From NCBI GenBank assembly GCA_052055015.1, contig JBQJIT010000074.1: a DNA stretch of 35,502 nt; one strand, given 5' to 3'. The stretch is from Malassezia furfur (Eukaryota). The position numbers and the translations under genes were made by a program. Numbering within the stretch: the stretch's first letter is position 1; each line of letters begins with the position of its first letter. The notes beneath the pieces were generated by a model. It did no database searches, was not told the DNA's origin, and saw only the letters and a program-made list of their open reading frames with translations. Shown here one piece after another: positions 11,267 through 21,113 of the stretch.

Positions 11267-11632
11267 ATGGCCGGCGGACGCAACCAGTACTATGAGTTCT
11301 ACCGGCAGAGCAGGTAGGTTGTTGTACGCTTACATGGCATCGGGATGCAGCTCACGGATGCGCTCGACGAGCTGATCCAATCGGGTCACATCAACCCGAT
11401 CCTCGCCATGAAGGTGCTGGAGCAGTTTGACAAGTCGATCTCGGAGACGCTCGCGACGCAGGTCAAGTCCAAGGGCAACGTCAAAGGGCATCTGCACAAC
11501 TACCGCCTATGTGACGAGGTATGGACGTTCATCGTGAAGGATGCCATGTTTAAGCTGGACAACGGTGAGACGCTCCCGGTGGACCGCGTGAAGATTGTGG
11601 CGTGCAAGCTGGGCGAGAACAATACGCGGTAG
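11267..11632 (+). CDS. TOA2: Transcription factor IIA gamma (small) subunit; exons 11267-11313, 11338-11632
   Basis: MAGGRNQYYEFYRQS(S)IGMQLTDALDELIQSGHINPILAMKVLEQFDKS..KGHLHNYRLCDEVWTFIVK..VKIVAC. The join requires a GT-GG intron. Confidence 0.93.
11314..11337 (+). other. Predicted non-canonical 24-nt GT...GG spliceosomal intron
   Basis: Sequence GTAGGTTGTTGTACGCTTACATGG has a consensus donor and a CTTAC branchpoint, and ends in TGG at the usual +5 position. Only this junction restores the conserved YRxSSIG frame. Confidence 0.7.
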
Positions 11633-11673
11633 CGCCGCATAGGAGAAATGTGCATACGTAAACTTACATGCTG

Positions 11674-13745
11674 CTATGTTTGTTGTTGCTGCGATACCGT
11701 CGCTTGGTTCAGACCAGTAAACATGTCAGAAAAATGGGTAGAGTCCGTCGCGGGGAGCAGGCCGATGGTGGCGTCGTTGCCGGTGACACTCGCTGACACG
11801 GCCATGGAGTCCATCGGCACTGAGAAGGCCACGTCGCTCTTTTTCAACGGTGTACCGGTAGGCGCGTTTGCGGAGTGCGTCAACGCTGCAAAGATGGGCG
11901 TCTGGGGGTGAGAGGCAGGGAGCAGCGAGTGCGACAGGATCGCATCCAGCGTTTTGGGGTCGTAGTCAGGCCGATTAGGTGGCAGCGCCAAAGGTGCCGT
12001 GGGAGGACGCGCGAGGTAATCGCCAGGCAACGGCACCGCCGGGTTGGGAGCGGCACTCACCGCTGAAGCCGGTAGCAGTGGCGCACCTGGCGCGGCCGCA
12101 GGCACCGCGTGCAAGCCCGGCACGGGCGCCTTGTGTACGCCCTGTCGCGCGTCGGCGGTGGCGGCGGCGGCGGCAAGCGCCACCGAGTGTGGTACACCGT
12201 CGACCGTCTGGGGTGCGTAAGTCGGCGCTGCGTCCGCCGACGCACTCTGCGGGAGGCCCGCCAGGACGTTGGCAAGGCGGTCGTCCTGCGAGGACATCTC
12301 CGGCGCGCCTACTTCGTTGGACAGCGCCGGGCGTTTGTGCGCGCGACGGTGCACCCCTGGGCGGGAGCCGCCTCCACTTCCGCGGCTCGGCGGGACCATG
12401 TTGGGATCGCCCGTAGGCTCCACGGTGACGACGGTGCCGTCTTTGGCGCGCTTGCGTTTGTTCGATAGGGAGCGCGCATAGCGCAGCCCGCATGCGTTGC
12501 AAAGCTGGGTCAGTGGCTACGACGTACAGTTTTGTGCCCCGAGGGACCACGCCGCCACTCGGGACTGTTGCTCTTGCCGCAGCTCGAGCAGGACTTGGTC
12601 GGTGCCGTACTCGTGGCCGTCGCTGCCGCCAGTGCTGCGACGTTGTCCTGAGCCGACGGGCTGGCATCCGCCCGAGTCGATCGTGGGTATGGCAACGACG
12701 ACTGCGCCTGCGCAGACTCGACCGGGACTGACGCGTGCGTCTCCGATTTCCACTCGCTTTCGCCTGGGCTGCGCCGATCGTGGCCAGCCGCGTTGTTTCC
12801 TTCCGACAACTTGGAATGTGGCAGGGCCGCTGTGCCCTTGGTTGGCTCGGAACTGGGCCGGTCGCTCGTCACCTGGAAGCAAGCCAGGACGATGGACCCG
12901 TACGGGATGAGCACACTCGAGATGGCACGCACGCGTCCGGACGCCGTGAGTGTATGGGACGCACGGAACCGCTGGGTGCAGCTGGTCGTGTCGCTTGCTC
13001 CTGCTGCGGGGCCCGCGTGGATGCCCTGGACTAGCCGCGCAAAATCTTCTGCGTGGTAGGTATCCGATGCGCGGCTGCCCTGCACCGCCTCGGGAGGAGG
13101 CCAGCTAAGCAGGATCTGGCGCTGGGGCGCGTTGCCGAGCACCTCGAACACATAGTGCAGCGGGCGCGTCAAGTGTTCCTGGGTCGCGGCGTACAACTGG
13201 CGCCAGAGCTGCTGCGACTGTGCCGCGTCAAATGCGTGCGCCGAGTTACCACAATGCGTAGAAGAGAGCACGTCGGGCGACGGGATCGTGTGGAAAAAGC
13301 ACAGGGCGAGTCGGTCGCCGACCATGTTCACTACCACGTCCGTCGGTGTATACTCGGAGGCGGCATCCGCAGCGCGTGGCGCGCTGCTGAGCATGCACCG
13401 GATGTGGGCGGTGCTTGCATATCGGCACCGCGTCACGCTGCCAAACAGCGTGCGGCTCTGCACGATGCGCGCCAAATCGCTCCGTGCGTGCGCACGTTCG
13501 TCGGCGTGCACAAAGTCGGTGAACTGGCGCCCGAGAATCGCATGTGCCATGGCGCCAAGCTCGTGCTGGACGTCGGGGTCCACATACACAAACTTGAGCT
13601 GGCCCTGCGTCGCCTCCGATACCTCGTGCTCGGCCGGAGTCGAGAGCAGCGCCCAGAAGCAGCGGGACACGTCACCTTCGCTCGACGGCTCGACGCGGCT
13701 GCTCTGCGCCAAGACCGACGGCTCGTCGGTCCTCTCAGCCTTCAT
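11674..13745 (-). CDS. GATA zinc-finger transcription factor with N-terminal PAS-like domain; exons 13745-12528, 12504-11674
   Basis: The 23-nt intron 12527-12505 completes CSSCGKSNSPEWRRGPSGHKT|LCNACGLRYAR (CX2CX18CX2C). PAS-like segment: FVYVDP..ILGRQFTDFVHADER..ARSDL. Confidence 0.88.
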
Positions 13746-13921
13746 TTCAATGAGGCAAGAAGACGGGATTGGTAGTGGCGCTGCACGCAGCCAATAGTCC
13801 CAAATACGAACCGTGTCAAGCGCCCCGCTGAAGCGTTGGTGGGAGCTCACTGCGCGGCGAGGCACCGCCTTACGTAAGACGTTCCTCGCCGCGACGCGAC
13901 ACCTCTAGGCGCGCCGCTGCG

Positions 13922-14566
13922 ATGCGCATCCAGATCCACGCCGGGCAGGGCCCACGACCGGCCGACGACTGCCCCCTGCCGCCACCGCCGCTCGCGCGTC
14001 TGAGTCCGAACGGCGAGCTGGTCCTGGTCGAGCTGCAGGGCTCCCTGGAAATGGACGGCGTCGACCCGGAAGGCGGGCAGACGATTGGCGTGTTGCGCTT
14101 CCCAGAAGGGCGCGAGGTACGTGCCATGCCGCTCACGCAGGACAAGCCCATACTCCAAATCTCCCACCATTTGCTCGAGGGAAAAATTGTCTCGCTACCC
14201 CGGCCCATTGCAGTGCTCGAAAAACGCGTCACGCCGGCGGACCAGGTCGAGAGCGACATCGAGTCCGACGACGATGCAGGCGTGTCGCCACCCGCGAGCC
14301 CGGCACCTGCGTCACCCTCGCAGCTCGCCAAGCGCGCGCGCATGGAGCCGCCGGAGACGCCGACTAAGCCGAGGGAGGTGCTCAGCAGCAGCCCGATGCC
14401 GGAACGCGCCCCTCGTTACTCTGATGGGCACCTCGACTTTTCGTCCCCGCAGCCGGGGCGCGGCAAAAAGCCCTCAACCGTCACATCCTACCACGTCGTC
14501 ACCCTAGTGCGGCAAAAGGTGCTCTTCGCCAAGCGCCCAGAGCCCATTGTCCAACTAAATTCATAA
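13922..14566 (+). CDS. CTF8: Chromosome transmission fidelity protein Ctf8 (Ctf18-RFC subunit); probable in-frame intron 14117-14140
   Basis: LVLVELQGSLE, IGVLRF, PILQISHHLLEGKIVSLPRPIAVLEK, and C-terminal YHVVTLVRQKVLFAKRPEPIV. Confidence 0.88.
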   Translation: MRIQIHAGQGPRPADDCPLPPPPLARLSPNGELVLVELQGSLEMDGVDPEGGQTIGVLRFPEGREVRAMPLTQDKPILQISHHLLEGKIVSLPRPIAVLEKRVTPADQVESDIESDDDAGVSPPASPAPASPSQLAKRARMEPPETPTKPREVLSSSPMPERAPRYSDGHLDFSSPQPGRGKKPSTVTSYHVVTLVRQKVLFAKRPEPIVQLNS

Positions 14567-14583
14567 TGTACAGAAGCCCTTGC

Positions 14584-15457
14584 CTACAACAACTCCACAC
14601 GCCGTTGCTGCAAGAAGATGCGGACGTCGCGGTATTGGAGGAGATGAATCGTGCCTTGGGCAAGCTGCGCCGTCTCGTCGCTGGGTGAGCGTCGACTCCA
14701 CGTACTTGGGCAGCGGGAGCGCACCGCAGTCTTCGCGGCAATACACAAATACGGGGGCGCTCAGGTTCGGCGCCGTCACTGAGTCAGTCTCCCCACCTAC
14801 CCATTCCACCTGCAGCATTGCTGGACGTCGCACCAGGGGCTGCGTCATCGAGTCCGCGCATCGGCTCCGGAAGAAACTGGAGCACAGTACTTTGGAAATG
14901 GTCCGTATTCAGCTGGTGGAACCTGAGTCAGCTTCGCCAACGTACCGGCGCACGTAGCCCAACTCGATGTCGCTCAGCCGCTGCTGCTCTGACCGATGGG
15001 ACATGATGTATGCAGCATACGTCTCAATCTGGGTCAGCCAAACACGCACCTTGGCAAGCCGAGCACGCAAATAGTTGCGAAGAAGCCACTTGGCCCGCTC
15101 CACGTCGAGCTGAACCAAGTTCAGCCGGAAGTGTTCCTCTTCGGAGGTAGACGCGTCAGATGCGAGCGAATCAAGGATCGACTGCTGCTGCGCAATCTGG
15201 TCCATCACTTCTTCAACCATGGATGCATTCCACGGCTGCACCTCGGGCGCGCCGCGCTCATTGAGCCACGCGTGCGCCAAGCGCACAATGCTTGATCGGG
15301 TCTCACCGAGAGGCTCCTCCTTGACATCCAGACCAAGCGGTAGCGCCTCGGGACTCGACCGCGTATTTTCCTTTACCGAAGTATACGAGGACGACGGCTG
15401 CGTAGGACGGGGCACCTCGTCCTCGTCATCGGACAGTGCATAGCGTGCATGCGACAT
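14584..15457 (-). CDS. SLD5: GINS complex subunit Sld5; exons 15457-15050, 15028-14946, 14922-14801, 14778-14706, 14680-14584
   Basis: LAHAWLNERGAPEV, LVQLDVERAKWLLRNYLRARLAK|IETYA, LSDIELGY, and C-terminal APNLSAPVFVYCREDCG..LAQGTIHLLQYRDVRIFLQQRRVELL. Four introns of 21, 23, 22 and 25 nt. Confidence 0.9.
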
Positions 15458-15521
15458 GATGGTGCGCGCGCGTTGGCCGCTTCGATCGATCGGGGAAGGC
15501 GGATGTCGAATCGGGCCCACC

Positions 15522-17169
15522 ATGTCCGCCGACCTTGTGCCGAAGCTGCACGCACTTGACGAAGTGTATGCGCCCGCATCCCAGGAACAGGAAACACAGC
15601 GCTGGAATGCCCTCCAGACCAGGTTTTCAGAGGTGTATGGCCGCGCGGCAGACTTCGTCGCACGCGCGCCAGGCCGTGTCAACTTGATCGGCGAGTACGT
15701 ACCCCGCTAACCTAGGCACGTCGACTTTGTCGGCTATAGGTAGGTGGTATCACTGACGAAGCGTATTCCCCGCGGCCATTGACAAGGACATTCTCATGGC
15801 GGCCGCCATGATTCCAGGCAAGCCGGGCGACTCCTTGCAAGTTACGCTGCACAATGTTGCCCCACGCTTTGCAACGACTGTCTTCGCGTGTGACATTAAC
15901 AGTCCGTCCTCGGTGCAGCTTACACATGAGGGAGATACGCGCTGGGCTAACTACTTCAAGGTCGCACTCCAGGGCCTGCAGCCCCACTTGCCGCCCGAGG
16001 CACTTGCGCAGGGATCCGGTCATCTCCTGGTGCTGGTGGATGGCAGCGTGCCCCCTGAAAGCAGCTTGAGCTCAAGTGCAGCGATGACTACCTGCAGCAG
16101 TATTGTTGTTTTGACCGCACTGGGTGCGCGCGACTGCATTCCCCGGAAAGAAATGACAGAGGTCGCAATCGAGAGCGAACGTCTGGTCGGTGTCAACTCC
16201 GGTGGAATGGACCAAGCGGTATCGGTATTTGGCGTGCGGGACCATGCCATCTATGTATCTTTTGTCCCGTCGTTGGAGACTCAGCCCGTCCGTCTTCCGG
16301 GCGCGCAGAACGAAGCCTTCGCATTCGTTGTGTCCAACACGCTTGTGGTATCTGACAAAAAGGTCTCGGGACCGGTTCAGTACAATTTGCGGGTCGTCGA
16401 GACACGCTTGGCGGCCGCTCTGCTGGCACAAGCCCTGGGCGTGGATGCCGATGTGCCGGACCTGAAGCCGAGTTACCGCAATACGCTTCGTGCTGTGGCC
16501 GACGCATATTTCGCGACCCAACCCGAGGCATGGAACGCGTTGCTTCAAGACCAAGACATCAAAGCTGTCCACGAAACACTTGGCAAGGAAGCAGCACAGC
16601 TCCAGGCAATGCTGTTATTGGTGGACAAACACATCCCGCGCACAGGAATCACGCGCGAAGAGCTGGAAAACAAGCTCCAGCTAACCAGTGACGCATTCCA
16701 TGAAAAATTCTTATCAGCGTTCCCCGTACATGCAGACCAATTTTTTTTGCATGCGCGCGCAACGCATGTATACTCCGAAGCGCAGCGCGTGCTGAAATTC
16801 AAGGCGCTTTGTGATCATGCTAATGCCGCGGAGCAGGTCAACACCCAGGCCATTTATGCCGAGTTGGGTTCGCTCATGAATGCAAGCCATGAGAGTCTAC
16901 GTACCAACTACGATTGCAGCTGTCCCGAACTGAATGCGGTTGTCGAGATCGCGCGCAAGCATGGCTCGCTTGGCTCACGCCTGACGGGTGCTGGCTGGGG
17001 AGGGTGTGCCGTGCATTTGGTTGCCTTTGACCAGCTGCCGTCGGTTCTCGATGCGCTTACGCGAGAATACTACCAGGCCAAATTCCCTGAACTCGACAAG
17101 AAGCAGCTCGCCAATGCGCTTTTTGCTACACAACCGGCCCAAGGCGCTTGCGTTTACACGGAAAAATAG
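15522..17169 (+). CDS. GAL1: Galactokinase (GHMP family; GalNAc-kinase activity not excluded); exons 15522-15694, 15716-15739, 15762-17169
   Basis: Splicing introns of 21 and 22 nt restores [26 protein letters not shown]. Also PPESSLSSSAA, GVNSGGMDQ, YNLRVVE, HVYSEAQRV, YDCSCPEL, GSRLTGAGWGG. Confidence 0.9.
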
Positions 17170-17186
17170 ACAAATGTATTCAACAA

Positions 17187-18128
17187 CTATTGCGTTGGGT
17201 ATAACCACGTAGGGTAGGGCGCCATTCCTTGTGATGCCATCATCGGGTTGGAAGTGTACATGCCGGCAGCATAGTGCATGCCTGTTGGCACCGGTGCCAT
17301 GTAAGACGTCATGGGCGTATACGAGGGAGCATAGGCCATGGGCGCCGGCTGGAAGGGCGCTGCAGAAGGTAACGCATAATTTGCATGTACAATGGGAGGT
17401 CCATCCTGGAGTTCGAGCAGGTCGGAATACACTGAAGGAGACACCGACGATCCCGAGTAAGACTGAGTGGGGGGACTTGGAGAAGCCCGGGATAGAGGAG
17501 CGTAAATACCATATTGTGCGTTGGAAACCGCTGGAGTCGAGTTACCGTTCGTGTTGAAGGCACCAGTGCTCATATTTACATGTGTGGTTGCCGTCGCAGC
17601 GCTGGCGGTAGGTGAGGGAAGTGGGACGCTCTGTGTGACACCCAGCATATGCTGTACGACAGGAGGGCGAGACGGATGAGATTGTTTCGCAGTCGGATAA
17701 TTGTTCGTCTGCACCTGAGACGACCTGGCACTGCGCACAGGATCTTTGCGTACAAAGTCTCGGCGCTCGTATTTCCGTCGAATGTAGACTTCCAGTTCGC
17801 CACGCACCCCGGGATCGATGTCCGTAGGCGGGGGATGCTTCGCCGGTTCCGGGTTGTAGTATTGGTTGCTCCGCATATTCCCGACTTCGCGCATATGCGC
17901 CGCTTCTTCGCGACTCCACGGCTCGTGAGTCAGGGACTTGACGTGCGACAGATGAGCATCCAAACGACGATGCACCGTAGCGCATGATGCGCATAGGAAA
18001 ATTCCAAGGCTTGCATTAGCCCATCGTGGATATCGTGCCGAGCAATCGGCACATCGGTCGTTTTCTGGTTCCTTGGACAATTCGAGCACGCTACGCTGCT
18101 GCCGCTCTAGATGCGCCAAGGACTGCAT
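17187..18128 (-). CDS. ArfGAP (Age2/SMAP-like) with Pro/Ser/Met-rich tail
   Basis: ArfGAP zinc finger ENDRCADCSARYPRWANASLGIFLCASCATVHRRL..HLSHVKSL, followed by GNMRSN and YIRRKYE. Confidence 0.9.
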   Translation of the reverse strand: MQSLAHLERQQRSVLELSKEPENDRCADCSARYPRWANASLGIFLCASCATVHRRLDAHLSHVKSLTHEPWSREEAAHMREVGNMRSNQYYNPEPAKHPPPTDIDPGVRGELEVYIRRKYERRDFVRKDPVRSARSSQVQTNNYPTAKQSHPSRPPVVQHMLGVTQSVPLPSPTASAATATTHVNMSTGAFNTNGNSTPAVSNAQYGIYAPLSRASPSPPTQSYSGSSVSPSVYSDLLELQDGPPIVHANYALPSAAPFQPAPMAYAPSYTPMTSYMAPVPTGMHYAAGMYTSNPMMASQGMAPYPTWLYPTQ

Positions 18129-18333
18129 ATTGATGCCAGAATACAGGTGGGAACGCGGGACATCTGTAAATAAATCATGACTTGATATTGGTGTGTAGGC
18201 GGTGTCATTTAATCGCCGTCAACCAATGAAATGAAAGTCGGATAAGATTTAGTCCAATTTGAACCTCATTGTGCATAGAAATGTGGGGTTGGACCCGTTG
18301 CGCCATAGTGCTGTGCAATCAGATGATCACGAG

Positions 18334-18341
18334 TATATAAA
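18334..18341 (+). promoter_or_regulatory. Candidate TATA box (TATATAAA)
   Basis: Consensus TATAWAW lies 33 bp upstream of the ATG at 18375, in an otherwise GC-rich genome. A CCAAT also occurs near 18223. Confidence 0.5.
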
Positions 18342-18374
18342 GACTGAGGTGTTCCGAGGAGTCCATTACCCACC

Positions 18375-19136
18375 ATGGTTGCCTCTCCCACGCCCATTCC
18401 GGAGCCACGGCACCGCCGGTCTGATCCGCTGGACATCCCGCAACCATCCACGAATGGCGCTCCCCTGTCTCGCTCGCCATTCAGCGCTTTAGCCCAGGGC
18501 AGTCTGGGGACGAGTCTATCGCCGACAAAGTACTGCACGCCTTATCAAGCCACCATTGCCTCGCAATGGAAAAGCGCACGTCACAACAGTATCAGCAAGA
18601 TGCCACCGCAGACTCCGTCGCTGTCTGTCCCGACAGACCCCAACATGTATGCTGCGAGTGCGCCATCTTCCCGACCCTCTGGCTGGCCCTCTCTCCCCCG
18701 TTACGATGTCAACAAACTACCCGACACAGCTAATGCGAATGCGTCGGCGAATGGTACACCGTTTACTAAATTATATCGCCAGCTTAGCAACTCGCAGCGA
18801 CGCAGTCCACCGACTGCGATGGCGACTGAGAATGCGGGGTTCAGCACTAGCTTCGGAAGCAGCACGTCGGAATCACCAATGACGCCGCAGAGCCAACAAG
18901 GATTTGAATACACCTCGGCACGCCGGTATGCCGAGCGCCTGGAACATGTCGATGCAGATGGGATGTGGAGTCAACCGGACACACACCATGTGGACAGCTG
19001 TGTGTTCAAGAGTCCAGAAAATAATGAAGAGCCGACCTTACGACGGTCGTTGCAACGCCACCTCTCGTCTCACTCCAAACGCAGACCAAGTCCTATGGGA
19101 GAGCGACTGCTCATGGGCCACTTGGATACGCAGTAA
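18375..19136 (+). CDS. Hypothetical Ser/Pro-rich disordered protein with C-terminal RRPSPMGERLLMGH motif
   Basis: 253-aa ORF with good start context (CCACCATGG) and an upstream TATA. The C-terminal motif resembles one I associate with small basidiomycete proteins of unknown function. Confidence 0.7.
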   Translation: MVASPTPIPEPRHRRSDPLDIPQPSTNGAPLSRSPFSALAQGSLGTSLSPTKYCTPYQATIASQWKSARHNSISKMPPQTPSLSVPTDPNMYAASAPSSRPSGWPSLPRYDVNKLPDTANANASANGTPFTKLYRQLSNSQRRSPPTAMATENAGFSTSFGSSTSESPMTPQSQQGFEYTSARRYAERLEHVDADGMWSQPDTHHVDSCVFKSPENNEEPTLRRSLQRHLSSHSKRRPSPMGERLLMGHLDTQ

Positions 19137-19490
19137 AAATGGTAACCAGCCGGGACTGTCGACGCGCCGTACACCTGTCGCATCACCACTTGTAAATATT
19201 CGGGACGGAAATTGTTACCCACCTTGGTTTTTTCTTTTTGGTTCAGCTGTCTATAGCGATATTTGCATTGCGCGTGAAGTAGATTTGATATCACAAAAGA
19301 TACAAATACCTTTCCAAGAGTAGACTGGTTCGCCTATGAGCGATCCTGCAGCGCCCTTAATGGGTTCACATGTTTTAACGCATACAAAGGAACGTAGATG
19401 CCTCGTAAAGTCGTAGTCGCCCGACACGGGCAGAAGTGCACGGGCAAATTTAGAATAGGCGACTAGCCACCCTACTACGCTATCAATACA

Positions 19491-21071
19491 CTACTTGGAC
19501 GGTGCTGGAGATGAGGTTTCTGTGGCTGCAGGCGTCTCGGACTCCCGCTTAGGCGCCTGTTCTGTCGGCTGCTCGGGAGCAGTACCCGACTCAAGAGCTT
19601 GGAGCCGCTCTTGTGCAATGCGGTATTCTGCCTCAACCCGGTCCAACTGTTTCTTCATTTCCAGACCGCCAGCCACGGCCCCCAACAGGGTCTCCCACTT
19701 CTCCACGTTGGTCGCCGTCGGATACACGAGACGGGACCCGATGGGAGGATGCAGCTCCGACAAAGCTTGCACCGCGCGGGTGTATTGGTTAGGACGGAAC
19801 GTCAGCATCCGCATGGAGCGTAGGTAGGCACCATGATGCGCGTTGCTCTCTGCCTTGGTGCCCTGAGCTCCCGTCGCAGCGACCGGGGGCAAAGCTGAAG
19901 GTGTGCCGATCAAGTTTGGATACGGCGTACGCAGCACATTGGGAGCATTGGGCGTGAACCGTGTAATAAAGTGTTGAGCATCGAACAGTGCCTGCTTGGC
20001 ATCGCCTTTGGCCGAGCTCGCAGTGGCACCTGCCTCGGTCTTGCGCCGTTTCTTGTTGTCGGGCTCCTCGTTCACGCCCGGCGTCCAGAGCAAGCCGGCA
20101 CCCGTTGCAGCCACATTGCGACTCGAGCAATTGGGCAGTGATTCCCAGCCGCCAAGGAGGCGAAGAAGATCATCACGTTCCTTGGCAAACTTAGCCTCAT
20201 TTTGCTCGAGCCGGCGCGTCTCGACATAGAGTGCCTCTTCTTCCGCCAGCTGCTCTGGCGTCCGCGAAAAGAGCTTCTCCACAGCGCGCTTGCGTTCGAC
20301 CTCCTGGTTGCGGTCAAAAGCAAACGTTTGCAGTTGGGCCTGACGGGTCTCAAGATCATCGTTGCTGATACGCTCGCGTAAAAGACGCCGGGCGATGGTA
20401 TAATAGCGCGATTTCAGGTCTTCAATGCTCCGCTGCTTTCCCGGCCACTCGTAGCGATCGGCAATTACAATGAAGCGCAGATCGTACATCTCGCACATGC
20501 CGATCAGGTAGTCCGTCTCATCCTTCGTCCAGTCGTCATCCCGAAGATGCTGGTTGTATTCTTCGGTGGAGTAGTGGAAGACTTGCGACGAGGTGTTGAA
20601 AGGCGACCATGCGTCTTCAAGACGTGCCTCATCACTCTCCTCCTCATTAGGAACGAGCGGATGCCAGTGGTGCAGCACAAGTCCGTGACCCTTATCCTCA
20701 TCCAGTATGTTCGTCTGCGTGTCGCTCCGGGCTGGATTGCGGAACGGCGACCACATCCACTTGCGCACAGCAACCGCGTTCGACTTCCGCACAAATTTGG
20801 GCCGGAATGCCCGCTGTGCATTTGTTCCCGCGTTTTCGATGCCTTCGAGCGTGGTGAGCGCTCCATTTCCGCCAGAGCCCATGACAAGGCTAGGTGCGTT
20901 GGGACCCAGCAGGGCGTACAATTCACGCGACATGCCCTCCGGACGCTGCTTTGGCCGAACATCTCCCGGCATGGGCGGTGGCGCCCTAGCTGGAGTCCTG
21001 CTTGGCCCAGATTCGTTGCCGGCAGGCCGGTTCGGCAGCGACAGAATGTCGCGCACGTCGTTCGAGGTCAT
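19491..21071 (-). CDS. SWC4: SWR1/NuA4 subunit Swc4/Eaf2 (DMAP1 homologue)
   Basis: MTSNDVRDIL, RPEGMSRELYALLG, WMWSPFRNPARSD, LHHW, SANT domain DDDWTKDETDYL..YDLRFIVIADRY..RSIEDLKSRYY, EVERKR..LFSRTPEQ. Confidence 0.95.
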   Translation of the reverse strand: MTSNDVRDILSLPNRPAGNESGPSRTPARAPPPMPGDVRPKQRPEGMSRELYALLGPNAPSLVMGSGGNGALTTLEGIENAGTNAQRAFRPKFVRKSNAVAVRKWMWSPFRNPARSDTQTNILDEDKGHGLVLHHWHPLVPNEEESDEARLEDAWSPFNTSSQVFHYSTEEYNQHLRDDDWTKDETDYLIGMCEMYDLRFIVIADRYEWPGKQRSIEDLKSRYYTIARRLLRERISNDDLETRQAQLQTFAFDRNQEVERKRAVEKLFSRTPEQLAEEEALYVETRRLEQNEAKFAKERDDLLRLLGGWESLPNCSSRNVAATGAGLLWTPGVNEEPDNKKRRKTEAGATASSAKGDAKQALFDAQHFITRFTPNAPNVLRTPYPNLIGTPSALPPVAATGAQGTKAESNAHHGAYLRSMRMLTFRPNQYTRAVQALSELHPPIGSRLVYPTATNVEKWETLLGAVAGGLEMKKQLDRVEAEYRIAQERLQALESGTAPEQPTEQAPKRESETPAATETSSPAPSK

Positions 21072-21096
21072 CGCCGTCGTCGCCGAGAGAGGGTCT

Positions 21097-21102
21097 CACG
21101 TG
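21097..21102. promoter_or_regulatory. E-box CACGTG (TCACGTGAC) in the 42-bp SWC4/CAB2 divergent promoter
   Basis: Palindromic bHLH (Cbf1-type) site. The same hexamer recurs in several other minimal intergenic gaps. Confidence 0.55.
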
Positions 21103-21113
21103 ACTCCACCAGC

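Noticed and set aside
13869..13878. Palindrome CTTACGTAAG in the GATA/CTF8 divergent promoter
   Set aside because: Could be a bZIP site, but it is a single occurrence with no supporting evidence.
19137..19490. Possible snoRNA or snRNA in the AT-rich spacer (T-run near 19228-19239)
   Set aside because: No convincing C/D, H/ACA or snRNA motifs. It is adequately explained as convergent 3'UTR/terminator sequence.
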